Positions 1 to 13,149 of a stretch of DNA of 64,000 nucleotides are shown here, one piece after another (the first letter of the stretch is position 1; each line of letters begins with the position of its first letter). Both the position numbers and the translations under genes were made by a program. The stretch is from Camelus dromedarius. Taxonomy: Eukaryota. The notes below the pieces were generated by a model. The model was not told the DNA's origin and made no database searches. It was given only the letters and a program-made list of their open reading frames with translations. Where the stretch lies: contig NC_087436.1 in assembly GCF_036321535.1 (NCBI RefSeq), positions 94,676,001-94,740,000 of the forward strand, read 5' to 3'.

Positions 1-532
1 CACAGCCTGAGAGATCCTTTAAAGTGTAAATCAGATTATGTCACCCCTTTGTTGAAAGCCTCTCATCACATTCGGAATACAATTCAAAACTCTATGGAGG
101 TTTGCCAGGCACTACAAAATTTGACACTGCTTTCCTCTCTTATCTCACCTTGTATCTGAATGCCTAGATCAGTACCCCAGAACCTGGCCACGTCAGTTTC
201 TTTTTGTATTTCAGTCTCCACTAGCATTGCCCCAGGAACTTGCCAAACTTACTCCTGCCTCAGGGCATTTGCACTTGTACCCTGTGGCTTCAGTATTCTC
301 CCATATCTTCCTGTGACTGATTCCATCATGTCATTCAGGTTTAAGTTCAGAAGGAGCTTGCCCTCCCAATTATCTCACCATTTTCTCTCATTTTTAAAAA
401 ATTACATCACTATCTGGAATGTCCTTATTTTTTATATTCTGTCTCCTATACTAGGAATTAAACTCTGGGAAAATGGGGACCTTGTCTGTCCTTTCCACTG
501 CATAGTAGGTGAATGTTGGTTGAATGAGTAAA
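1..532 (+). mobile_element. LINE-2 3' end
   Basis: cctcagggcatttgcacttg...aatgttggttgaatgagt terminus; similar L2 ends at ~18110-18545, 33890-34280 and 61490-61935. Confidence 0.8.
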
Positions 533-689
533 CTTGAACACATCTGTATTACTCTTGAACATACTGTCTTTTAGACCTGTTTTTTCAATGGGAGAACCCT
601 CGTTTTCAGCTTCTTTTTATAGGGCTATATCTTGATTCTCTTACTTCAGTAGTTTTTGATGTTTGTGCCAGAGACCACATTCTACTTTA

Positions 690-990
690 GATGTATAAAA
701 TTAATCCCTGGAAGGAATAGGTCCCAGGTATCTGCATGTTTAACCAGCCCTTCAGGTGATTTGAATACACATCAAAGTTTGAGAATATGTTAATATTTTA
801 ATGGCTTTTCTCTAGGAGATTACTTCTTGCTTTATAGTAGTAATGATAGCTTTCATTTTGGAGAACACTCTATGAGTCAAGTATTATGCTAAAAACTTAC
901 ATGTTTTTCATTTAACTGTAGAGCAACTCTGATGTAGGCATTCCTACTCTGATTTTACAAGTGAAGAAACAGAGACATAGTAAGTAGCAG
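690..990. mobile_element. MER5A-like fragment followed by MIR
   Basis: caggtatctgcatgtttaac...caggtgatt...aaagtttgagaa; MIR core attttacaagtgaagaaacagag. Other MIRs near 3730-3940, 7500-7620, 33320-33500, 42790-42960 and 44210-44440. Confidence 0.65.
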
Positions 991-2215
991 AAAGTTGTCT
1001 ATTTTCTTAATCACTGTACCCTACTGCTTCTGAACTACAGTATTTAGAACTGTATACAGCACTTTGATTATGATAGGCCATGTTTTTAAGGGCAAAACAG
1101 TGTTTTCAGTCCCATTTCCAGTCCTATACTTAATGAATTGTTTTGTTGGTCTTTTTGCCTGAAGTTGCACAATTGGTAGATGACTTCAAGAAACATTCTG
1201 CAGACTCCTAAGCTTCTTGCTTTGTTGTTTTGAGTTTTCGGAGCCTACCAGGTTTAAAGTAAATTTGGAGTATTTTCTCCTGCCTATATATTACCTTGCA
1301 TTCCACACACCAAATTCCCATCAGTTTCTGCCTGCTTGTATAGTCATTTGAATTCGTCCTACATTTTCTCCATTGATTTCAGTGTTTTACTGTTTGGACT
1401 GTCATTGAATCATCTTAAACTGAATAGATTTCTCACTGCAAGACCGATTTCCAAATGAATTTAAAAAAATGTTGCATTTGATTGATGCATTGATTTGAGG
1501 TGGAGAGATGACTTAATACAGAGAAATACTGCTTGTCTTTACTCTCTTCCTAGTCTTGAAGCCTGGCTAACTGTGTATATCTGTTAAAGCTCAGGTCACA
1601 CATCACTTACCAGAGCTCTACCCCACCTCAGGCTTCTGTAAATAGCCGTCTGTGGCTCCCATCACTTCACCTTCCATATTTAATTGTCTGTGGCTGTCTG
1701 GCCTATTTGATTGGGAGGCCCATAAGGTCAGGAAGAACCAATTAAGCAATCAGGCTTGTTCATAGAATAAAATGGAGAAAAGTCTCAACTTTAACTGTAT
1801 CTGTAAAAAAAAACACTACATTGCAAAAGGAAATATTTGTACTAATCTTTTTCTGTATAATTTAATATAACTTAGGACAAAAACTTCAATAAAAGACACT
1901 AAATTGTGAATTAGTGATAATTAATAGTGACATATTAGTATATGGGTTGTAAAGATTTTTGCAGAAAAGTAAGCACTCCTGACTGTTACATTGTGGCTTA
2001 TATTGGGATTTTTTAAGATTGTAAAACTTCTTATGCAAGTACTACTACAGGCTTATAAGTAAAGGTGTTTTTTTGGTTTGTATTTATGTGCATATTCATG
2101 ATTTGGCCCACACAGCAAGTAGTAACCATCTGAATGGTTGTTTCTGTAGTTGAGCACATGTCAGTAGATCCTGCAGTTAGTTTAAGAACAGTTTGGGCAC
2201 TTCAAAACCATTTTA

Positions 2216-3654
2216 TTTACTTATTTATTTTAAAACATTTTTTATTGATTTATAATCATTTTACAATGTTGTGTCAAATTCTAGTGTTCAGCACAATTTT
2301 TCAGTCATACATGGACATATACACACTCATTATCACATTTTTTCCTCTGTGATTCCCTGTGCTATACAGTATAATCTTGTTTATCTATTCTACAATTTTG
2401 AAATCCCAGTCTATCCCTTCCCACCCTCCGCCCCCCTGGCAACCACAAGTCTGTATTCTATGTCTATGAGTCTATTTCTGTCCTGTATTTACACTTTGTT
2501 TTTGTTTGTTTGTTTGCTTGTTTTTGTTTTTATTTTTTAGATTCCACATATGAGCGATCTCATATGGTATTTTTCTTTCTCCTTCTAGCTTACTTCACTT
2601 AGAATGACATTCTCCAGGAGCATCCATGTTGCTGCAAATGGCGTTATGTTGTTGGTTTTTATGGCTGAGTAGTATTCCATTGTATAAATATACCACATTT
2701 TCTTTATCCAGTCACCTGTTGATGGACATTTAGGCTGTTTCCATGTTTTGGCTATTGTAAATAGTGCTGCTATGAACATTGGGGTGCAGGTGTCATCCTG
2801 AAGTAGGGTTCCTTCTGGATATAAGCCCAGGAGTGGGATTCCTGGGTCATACGGTAAGTCTATTCCTAGTCTTTTGAGGAATCTCCACACTGTTTTCCAC
2901 AGTGGCTGCACCAAACTGCATTCCCACCAGCAGTGTAGGAGGGTTCCCCTTTCTCCACAGCCTCTCCAGCATTTGTCATTTGTGGATTTTTGAATGACGG
3001 CCATTCTGACTGGTGTGAGGTGATACCTCATTGTAGTTTTGATTTGCATTTCTCTGATAATTAGTGATATTGAGCATTTTTTCATGTGCCTTTTGATCAT
3101 TTGTATGTCTTCCTTGGAGAATTGCTTGTTAGGTCTTCTGCCCATTTTTGGATTGGGTTGTTTATTTTTTTCTTATTGAGTCATATGAGCTGCTTATATA
3201 TTCTGGAGATCAAGCCTTTGTCAGTTTCATTTGCAAAAATTTTCTCCCATTCCGTAGGTTGTCTTTTTGTTTTACGTATGGTTTCCTTTGCTGTGCAGAA
3301 GCTTGTAAGTTTCATTAGGTCCCATTTGTTTATTTTTGCTTTTATTTCTACTAGGAGAAAATTTTTGAGATGTATGTCAGATAATGTTTTGCCTATGTTT
3401 TCCTCTGGGAGGTTTATTGTATCTTGTCTTATGTTTAAGTCTTTGATCCATTTTGAGTTGATTTTTGTATATGGTGTAAGGGAGTGTTCTAGCTTCATTG
3501 TTTTACATGCTGCTGTCCAGTTTTCCCAACACCATTTGCTGAAGAGACTGTCTTTATTCCATTGTATATTCTTGCCTCCTTTGTCAAAGATGAGTTGACC
3601 AAAAGTTTGTGGGTTCATTTCTGGGCTCTCTATTCTGTTCCATTGGTCTGTATG
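2216..3654 (-). mobile_element. Young 5'-truncated LINE-1 (ORF2 C-terminus + 3'UTR)
   Basis: ORFs 3181-3618 and 2585-3145 are L1 ORF2p ([18 protein letters not shown]ys-rich motif), separated by a stop and a frameshift; 15-bp TSD ttcaaaa(c/a)catttta at 2201-2215 and 3655-3669. Confidence 0.97.
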
Positions 3655-4589
3655 TTCAAAAACATTTTAAAAGAGGACTGAAGATTTATTTGAGTCTGAA
3701 ATTTAGTTACCTGCCTGAATATCAGCAATAATGGCATTTACTATTTTGGAGTATATATGCCAGTCCCTTGACTTCCTTTATATACTTTGTGTTTAGCTAC
3801 ATCAACCCTCCAAGTCAGATATTGTTACCCCTAACTTACACTGGAGGAAACAGGTCTGCTTAGATAAGTTGCCTAAGGTAAAGCTACTGGGACTGTTAGG
3901 ATTCAAACCCAGTTTTTCCTTGACCCAAAGTTCGTGTGCTTTATGTTACAGAGTGTCGACTTGTCTTTTTTGTTTTACAGAATCATGGAAGTTACAGTAA
4001 GTAAACTTACTTGTTTTTTCAGCTGTCAGAATATGTTAATAAGACTGCTTTCATGAATTGTTTTATTCTGTTTAAACCTAAATTGGATATGCCTTTCTAA
4101 TAGTTCCTCCTTTTTTTTTTATACACAACATGGTTGTTATTGAAAAGCTGCAAAAGATAGTGATATATAAAACCAACTACAAAAGCTGTATTCCTCATTC
4201 AGAAGTCATCTCTGTACATATATTTCCTTCCAATCTTTTACTTTTTAAATTCATCTTTGATGCAAATGAGATGTAATGCTTACATCAGCTTGTATCCTTT
4301 TGTGGGAGGTGGGGTGGGTTTTTAACATAGTGAGCTTTTTACCATGGCCTTAGAGACTTTCTAAATTGATTTTAACTGGCTGAATTTTGTAAGATATTTT
4401 GAAAAACTGATTTACTTGAACTTTTCATTTAATGTTGGGCATGAATGTAGTTTACACCATTATAAATAATATTATGGTGAACCATGGCTTTAAATAGTTA
4501 ACCCAAGGTCTGAATAGTTAGAGCAACCATTCTAATTATTTAAAAAATTATAATTACGACATTTTAGTGATTTGAAATATGGTGATTTT

Positions 4590-4767
4590 TAAAAAATTAT
4601 TTTTATGTTTTTGGAGGGGAAGTAATAAGGTTTTTATTTATTTATTTTTAATGGAAGTACTGGGGACTGAACCCAGGACCTTGTGCGTGCTGGGCACGCA
4701 CCCTACCACTGAGCTGCACCCTACCACTGAGCTGCACCCTACCACTGAGCTATATCCTACCTCCTGA
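4590..4767 (-). mobile_element. tRNA-derived SINE (camelid Vic-1-like) with triplicated A-box
   Basis: Minus strand TAGCTCAGTGG (A box) and GGTTCAGTCC (B box), A-rich tail; perfect 15-bp TSD aaatatggtgatttt at 4575-4589 and 4768-4782. Confidence 0.9.
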
Positions 4768-5857
4768 AAATATGGTGATTTTAATCATAGTTGAGCTAGT
4801 ATATACAGCATACCTATAGTTCCAGTCCTAGAAAATTTACATGAAAATTTTTAATAGAGATTGTCTCTGAGGAGAGGAGAGCATCTTTTACTTTTGCGGG
4901 TTTGTTTCCTTAACCTTTCTGATTGAATTTTAAAATTATAAATATGTATTGCCTTTAAACTCAAAAAGTTCAACTCCTTGGAAAAATGTATATTTTTCTG
5001 AATTAAAACTAATTTTTAGGTGCATAGTAGGGCTTATATTTTGTTTATAACATTTAAAATTTCAGTGTTCATGTTTTGAAGAAAGTTACCTTCTTGTTGC
5101 TTATTTTCATATTGAATTTTCATTTCCTTTTTTAAATTTAGGTCAAAGCACAGATGTGTCTCAGCTTTGTGAAAACACAGAATATAACTGGTTTTTGCTT
5201 GACTGCTCTCATTGAAAAGTATTACAGATGCAGCGCTTTCAAATTTTAACAGCTAATAAAGATGCTTCAAATCAAATTAGGGATACAGTAAGCATCTTCT
5301 TGGTAAATGCACCAGACTTACAGGACAGTGTTCTCGTTGCTATCTTGTTTTATACTTTATTTTTTTTAAAAGGCTATTTTGTTTTTACATAATGTGTATT
5401 TTGTTGCTTCGTTACTCTTAGCAAAGATAATCTAGAAGAAACTAACTTGCTTAAAATTTTTGAAGACTTTTTTTTTTAAATCTGTGGTGCTCATTCAACT
5501 TTCATTTTTTAAAATAACATTACTTTCTTTATCACAGTGGTTCTAAACATTTTCCCTGTCGTCATGAATGACATTTACATGCATCTTTGTGCAGATATGT
5601 CATCTAGGCTGTAACATGGTTGAGAGAAGCTGCGAGTTACATGAGTTGGGAGAGCAGTAGCTGTAACTCTTTTCTGCTAAAAAAAATCATATTGGCAAGG
5701 AAGTGAATGAGAGTGATAGTACGAAAAAGTCTTGATTCCGCTTTACTTTATTTGAATGATGTAAATCAATCACACACTTGTAACATTACTTGTGATGTAC
5801 CTCACAGTTCAGAACATACAAGTATTTTGAAATACAGCTGTTGAAAACTGGTTTCTT

Positions 5858-5959
5858 TTTTTTCTTTTTTTTTTTTTATTGAAGTACTGTCAGTTACAGT
5901 GTGTCAATTTCTGGTGTACAGCACAATGTCCCAGCCATGCATATACATACATACATTTG
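5858..5959 (-). mobile_element. Very short L1 3' end insertion
   Basis: Poly-T plus L1 3' terminus (compare the reverse complement of 27460-27530); TSD at 5843-5857 and 5960-5974. Confidence 0.85.
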
Positions 5960-7944
5960 GAAAACCAGTTTCTTAACATTTGTAAATAACATATCCGTTA
6001 TGATTTGTGATCACAGAATGTGGAATTTTTATATCATCTTCTGTAGAATTTTTCTGTTTATAACTTATGAAAAACAGCCTTTTCCCCTGAGTTTAAACTC
6101 TTTTATTCAGAATGTGACTAAGTAGTACTCCAGTAGAAATTTCAGAAAACATATGGAGAATATGAAACTTTTGGTTAAGATAATTGAATATAAACAAAGA
6201 TGATTCAATTGGAAAGTTTTCCTTTGTTTGACCATTTACAATAAATTTTACCCCTGGACCTTGAGAGAATCTTTGAGATTGTATAAGAGTAACAACTAGG
6301 GAAGGACAGGAAATTCATAGGTGAGGAGCCAAGATTCAGAACAGAAGACTTTTTTTCTTTCCTTTCCCTTTTATACAGAAGAGTGATAGCTGAGCTCCAG
6401 GGGAATACAACACGCCAAAGCTATACAGAGAACTTGTGCTGAGGATTGATGATACATTTCAAAAATAAGGGCTTATAGTTGAATTGGCCCAGAGCCTTTT
6501 ACAGTTTACAAAGCACTCTTACAAATTCTCACTTGATCCTTGGACAACCCTTTAAAATGAATAGCTATCTCTCTTACTTTATAGATAGAGAAACTGAAGT
6601 CACAGAGAGGGTAATTTACCATTTCTCAGTAGTGCCATAACTTAAGTTATTTATCTAAGATATATTCTTTCTGCTATCCTGTGCTATTTTTAGCAAATGT
6701 TGCCTAAGGTGATTCCTTATACAGTCAAATATAGGTAAGGAAAAAGGGTGGCTGAGGAGAAAGAAGGTACTGTTTAAGATGTAGGAAACTAGGGTCCCAT
6801 TAACTGAGAATTTCCAGAAAAGTGGTCACAGCCCCAGGGTGGACCTTTAACAGAGTCCTGTGCTGCAGAGACTTGGAGGAATTGAGAGATAAGGAGATTC
6901 TTGATAACCTTGAAGAGTTCAGCTTTTAATAAAAATTCTTATTTTGTAGTTGGCTTTATTCCTTTGATAATTATGTAAGTTTAAAAAGCTAGAGATCTAA
7001 TCTGTTCTTAGAAACAATAATTAGTGCATATATGAAAATTAAAAAAATTGCAGTATAATGTATATATGCATTTACATGCAATATAATGTGTATGTGCAGT
7101 TGAACTGTAATAATTCTACATAATAAAACTGAAAAAAGGAAAAAATAGGTAAAGAAATTCTTGATAACCTTGAAGAGTTCAGCTTTTAATAAAAATGGGA
7201 TAGAAGTAAGTTAAGTTAGCCAAGTAGTTGTTCTCTTGAGGTTTCTCCAGAGAGATTATCACAGAAGTGATTTGTGACATTTATTTTGGCTGTTAATGAA
7301 ATACTGGTATATAATTATACTATTATTATATGAATGAAGTATAATAATTAACTTGATTGCAATCTCTTGGAGGTAGGGCCTGCCTTTTATTTCTTCTGTA
7401 TCCTCCTCTGAACTCTTCTGCCAATTACCTAGTCCCCTGGGGACTTGTTAGATACATCCTTTCCAGAAAGAGAAGTGAGAGAAGACATGGGTTTGAGAGA
7501 AGGGAGAGAAGTCACCTCCATTGCGTGACTTTGGGTAAGTTACTGAAGCTCTCCGGGCCTCAGTTCTTTCCTCTTTAAATGCGGGGGTGAGAACGGTTGC
7601 ATCCCCAAAGTTGTAACAGTACCACTGCGAAATTGTAATTTGTTGACTGTGGATAAATGAGGACTAGGCATTGTCTCATCTCTACCTTATCTGTGCAGTG
7701 ATATCTTGCACGGGCCTCCTGCTTATGCTGACCTTGTTTCTTCTACACTTTCCCATTCCACTCTGTGAAAAACAAACATTTGGTTGTCATTCTGTCTAGC
7801 CTGCTCTAGTCACTTCCTTTTGAATAGTCTGCACTCTGAAAGAGTATCTTTAAGCTTTCTGTTATCCTGTAAAAATGTTTTATAAGATTTTCAGAGGTGG
7901 TTTTTATTATATTTTCTCTTATAAATAGCTCATTTAGATGGAAC

Positions 7945-8347
7945 TGTCAACTTGAGAAAAAATGCATAACTTGAGAGCTGTGAGTTGAGTTTATTCAGTG
8001 TCTTACTGAGGACTGTAGCACAAGAGACAGTCTCTCAGATAGCTCAGAGAACTGCTCCAAAGTAAGGGAGGTGCTGGTATTTATATGTATAGTGAAGTGA
8101 AAGGTTATTACTAGTCACAAGGACCATATATCTCTATAGTGCTTTTCTGTGTATGGCAAGATGCAAGAATATAGGGTCATTGGAATTCTTCGTTAGAAAT
8201 GCATTTTAACTATCTAGGGGATCATATATCCAAAACAGAATGCTTCATCCTAAATTCTTTCAGGGTGGAGTTAAAGGTCAGCAGCTGCAGGGGCTGATGA
8301 CTTGATCCTTGTAGAACTGGAATGACTGGCAGCATTCTTTGTTTACA
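7945..8347 (-). mobile_element. Solo ERV LTR (ERV1-like)
   Basis: TG...CA termini, ~400 bp, tttatt (minus-strand poly(A) signal) near the left end; resembles artiodactyl ERV1 LTRs from memory; TSD not clean. Confidence 0.65.
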
Positions 8348-9879
8348 AACAATATAGGGTCACCCTATTGGATCAATATAGGGAGTACGATAAGGAATTT
8401 GTGACTATAATTGCTTGACTATTAATTTGAATTTTAAAAATCTGTCGTGATAGAGTTCAGGAAGTCTTAATTCCTAAGCACAGAGAATTGTGGTATTTAG
8501 GGTGTATAGTGGGGTTTATTTCAACATTTAAATTTAAAAAATAACTTTAACTTCTCCCAGGCATAGCTTTAGCACAGTTTTTAACAAATAATGATTGATT
8601 GATTTGAACTTGAGTTTGCATCCTTTCCTTGTCCACTTCCCATCAGAGAATCAGAGATGCAAATGTATGTCATCAGTAAGAAGTATTAGGAAGTCAGTTG
8701 ATGATTATCTAATTTCTGTACTGCTCTAAAGTTGTCTTTATAATAGTGAAACAAATATAACTAGCATGATTGGTCATATCTGACATGTGGAATGAGTCCT
8801 GGTCAGGAATTGACGTTGTGATTTCCTGTCCAAGGTCTGTCTCATACTGTATGGATGTGTAATCATGGTTAAATTATTAGCTTATCTGAACCTACTTTCC
8901 TCATTTTAAAAAAGGGCTAATTTTCCTGCTTTGACTTTGTCAGAGGGCTGTTGTTAAGATATAAAAGTATTTAGTAAAGCTATAAGCAAGTATAAACTAT
9001 TACCAAGTATAGCTATGTTTGAGATCCATTTCTGATAAAGGAATAAAGCAAATGAATACATTACAAAATGATGTATTGTATATGAGTAAATCTGAACACC
9101 TTATTACATTAAGATGTTGGGTCATCTGGTAAAAGTAATCCCAACTACTAAATATAGCATATCAGTATACTGTATAATAATGATAGTATTATGGAAGTTG
9201 ACAGACAAATATGTTCTCCCTGTTTAATATGAAAGGTAGTTAGAGTTTTGGGATAGCTCTGCTCATTTGGTTGATCAGCTTTCTGATTGGCTACTGGGTA
9301 AAAACTCGGGATCAGAAAGCTATTTCTAGAAAAAAATTATTTTTAGAGGTGAGTAATTACCTCTGTGACATAATTGGGAATAAGATTAAAAATAGAGTAG
9401 AGAGCAAACAAGTGTAGTCTCCCTGAATGTCTTGGGGACAGTTCTAGCAGTTTCTAGCATATGTTTCACTTTTTTGGTTTTATAACTTTGGAGCTTTAAC
9501 CAGTAACATTGATGCTTTTTAGATTAAAAATGCATAGAATGCTTTTTCTGAGTTTTCCATTTCATTGACCAACCTCTATTTTCTGTCTTGTAAAAACAAA
9601 TTGCATGCTTTCTATCTAAATTGTTAATTTATATTTTGTTCTTGGTGTGGGTTTTTATTTTTTAAATGGAAAGAATTTTGATATGGTTCTTGATTACTGT
9701 TAAGATTTGGCTATTTGAAAAGATGATTTTATTATAAATCACGTTCTTCAAATTACAGTAGAAAGAGTTTTCATCCTCTGACCTTGAATCAGGCTTGGTT
9801 ATCCCTGCTTCCTCAAGGAGAGCCCTATGTTTGCATGGGGAGGAAGCAGAGCAGTTTTTGTTTTGTGTTTCTATGAAAA

Positions 9880-11340
9880 TGTATTTTTTTTAAATTTAGA
9901 TATATTTGAAATTTTTAGTGCTAAAAGGTAGAATGGTATAATGAATCCCTGCGTATCCATCAACTGGCTTCAACAGTCGTTCACCTCATGGCTGTTTTTT
10001 TTGTCTTTATCTCCCCCTTTGCAGGATTATTTTCAACTAGATCCCAGGCATAATATCTCTTTAACTGGAAATAGTGGGATCTCTCAGAGATAAGGACTCT
10101 TTTTAGATATGACAATTGACGTTGTAGTTATGTTAAGAAAAATTAGTCATAAATGTCATTTAATCCACTCTGTGTTCAGAGTTCCTGATTATTTTATAAT
10201 TGTCCTTTTACTGGGTTTGTTTGAATCAGAATTCAAACAAGGTCTATATGTGGAATTTTATTGATACATCTTAAATTTCTAAAACTGTAACCATATCCCT
10301 ACCATCTCTTAAGGTTTTATTTATTTACTTTTTACCATTTATTTGTTGAAAAATATGAATTAGTTTTCCTTAGTTTTATTGCATCCAACAATTTTTCCTG
10401 ATTTATAAAGTAATATATGATCATTGTATGTTGTTGAAAGGTAAAATACATACAAAGTGAAAAGTAAAATCTTGTCATCCACAGATACTCAGTGTTAAAA
10501 GTTTTGATACTTTTTTTTCAATTTTTTTGAGTGCCTTTTTTTATGCTTTGTGCTTTGCTTATTTTTATATCCTATTTAATGTACTTTAATATTGTGTTCT
10601 GCTCATTTCTCCATGTTATTATGAAAGAAAATGAAACATTTGGCTGCATAATAGTTCATAATATGTATCATAGCTTAAATATTCCCTTTTAGCCAGACAT
10701 TTAGATTGTTCCAATTTTTCACTATTATAAAGCTGTGATAACCATCTTTGTACAGAAATCCTTGTATTTCAGATTTTTTGTTTGTTTTGGGGGGGTAATT
10801 AGGTTTGTTTGTTTGTTTGTTTAAGTGAAGGTACTGGGGATTCAACCCAAGACCTCATGCATACTAAACACGCACACTACTTCTGAGCTATACCCTCCCC
10901 TGCTTCAGATTTTTTTTTTTTGATATAACCTTAGAAGTGGAATTATTCAAAGGGCATGAACATTTTTTAACTTCTGATTCATATTGTCATAAAGTTATTA
11001 TCATTTGTGATCTCAAATGCAGTCTCCAATTTAAGAATCTATTTGCATATGCTCTGTGTTATTAAGATGTCTTTGCTCATCACATTAGTAGAGTGTGGTT
11101 TTTTTCCCCAGTTCTTTTGCTCTTTTAATTTTATTTGGAATTTTTTTTTTATGTACACATTTATGTTGTAGATTTGTTGATATTTTTCATTGTGTGTATC
11201 TTTAGGAAGTTCTTCCACTAGGGTCAAATAAATATTTACCTAAATTTTTTTCTAGAATTACTGATGAATTTTTTTCCTTCTTAATTGCTAGCAGGTTTTC
11301 CTAGGGACTATTTATTAAAATATTGATCTGCTCCTCATTT
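9880..11340 (-). mobile_element. Degenerate ancient L1M fragments
   Basis: Old L1 3'-region motifs (gacatttagattgttccaatttttcactattat; agaagtggaatt); boundaries approximate. Confidence 0.55.
10780..10903 (-). mobile_element. tRNA-derived SINE (Vic-1-like)
   Basis: Minus strand ggggagggtatagctcag...gggttgaatcccc...(aaac)n-ctaattacccccc; TSD ttcagatttttt at 10768 and 10904. Confidence 0.88.
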
Positions 11341-13149
11341 ATTTGTGATTCAAGTTTGAGATATACACACATAAATTTTATGATTGTATGTGTGGTTCAA
11401 GAAATTCTAGAAGAAAGAGTTGATTTCCTGTTGACTGGGTTGTAAAATTACCTCTTATCCCTCTCCTCACTCCACGTTTTTGTTTTTTTCCCTCTATTTC
11501 CCAGCTATAGTATGTATCCAGATGTCTTTGATTCTGAGTGGGCCTTGGGAAAACACCTGAAACAAAACTAGTTTAGTTCTTATCTTCTTCCTTTATATTC
11601 CTTCTGTTTTATGTGTACTTTTAAAATGAATTCCCATTTGCCTTTATTTTAAACTCAATTTACAAAACATTACCAAAACATTATACCAATATTAATAGTT
11701 TGTGGTGTATACTATGTTGTTTCAGCATTTTGAGTCTCTTAATTTTTAAGCTTCCACTAGAGGATGAGTAGAGGAAGGGAAAGGTAAACATTGAAAACTG
11801 ATTTTTGCACAGAATGATTACCTCAGATTTAGAGCAAAGACTGACTTTAGAAGTATTGATTGTGTGGTCTGTTCATATACTTGGTCATTTCTCATTGATA
11901 ATGAGATTTAGTTTATTTTGTAACACATTTCTGTACAGAGTTTAGAATCCCTTTTATTGTATAATAACCCTACCCAGCAAATTCAGTGATGACAGAGGGT
12001 CAGATAGAGGATTAAGATGATTTAGCATATTCAATTCAAGAGAAAAATTGAGATATAATTATTTGTCACTAGAGCTAATCATTCTAATACTGGAATAACA
12101 AGAAGCTTACTGTAAGGTTATTCTTTTAAAAAGTTAATATTCAGTTCAGAAGACAAAACAGTATACAATGAAAAGTGTCCTTATTAGTTCTGTCCCTGGC
12201 TACTTAGGCCCCATTTCCAGAGGCAACCAATGATATAATCATTTCTAAATGCTAAAGTCTTAAGGCTTTAAACCATTTGCAAACATCTCTTCATAGATAA
12301 AAATTTATCTTTAAGTTATTAATGTGTGGGAGTTTTGGCATCAACATTTAGTATTTATTTTGGATAGAATCTTGTTTACATGTGTATGGAAATGTTTACA
12401 TATATGTACAGATTTACATAACCATATGTAAATATGTGATTTGATTTAAAAAGTACAATGCAGTAGAGAAAATTAGGAAAACAGGATAAATATCTGATCA
12501 CTTTAACAGAATCAGTATAATCATTTAAATGTAGAATACTTCCTCCCTAGGTTTAAATTCTGCACATATAGTCATTCTATATACTTTTTTCTCTTAACCA
12601 CAGGAATTTCACATTGAGCATACTGGATTTATGACTCATTTCTTATGAGGGAGATGAATTTCTTAGTAATATTGCTCTTGGAAGCAGGGAACTAACATTG
12701 AAAAAGAGGGGAAACTAGAGATTGGCAAGAGTAGAGAGGTTAAATAAGGGTACATATTTTTATAATCCAACCTTGAGAAAAATAAGGGAAAAAGCAAGTT
12801 ATACTAATTCTGGGTTCTTAGAACTGACTGCTCTTCTTTTTTCTTCTTATCTTTTTCCTGGGGTGGGTGGAGGTAGGAATGGATCTGAGATGTGTAGAGG
12901 ATAAGTTGACATTTTGTTACATTTTGAATGCTTGCACAGAAGGACAGGAATGCCTAATACATAGTACTTTGCATCAAATTAAAATTAATTTATAAGCTGC
13001 TTGGTAGCATTACAGGGAGGGCAATCCCAAACAGTTTTGGGAGAACAATGAATGATTGTGGAATTATTAGTACATTGCCCAGTATTAGTAACTTAAGATA
13101 AATAAAATATCAATAACAGTCTGTTTCTTTTATCATTTATAAGTACTTT

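Noticed and set aside
2585..3618. Longest ORFs (186, 170 and 145 aa) as host genes
   Set aside because: They are broken L1 ORF2 or its antisense frame inside a 5'-truncated element.
4579..4767. ORF with HPTTEL repeats, or a CRISPR-like array
   Set aside because: Spacer-less 18-bp tandem repeat inside a SINE in eukaryotic DNA.
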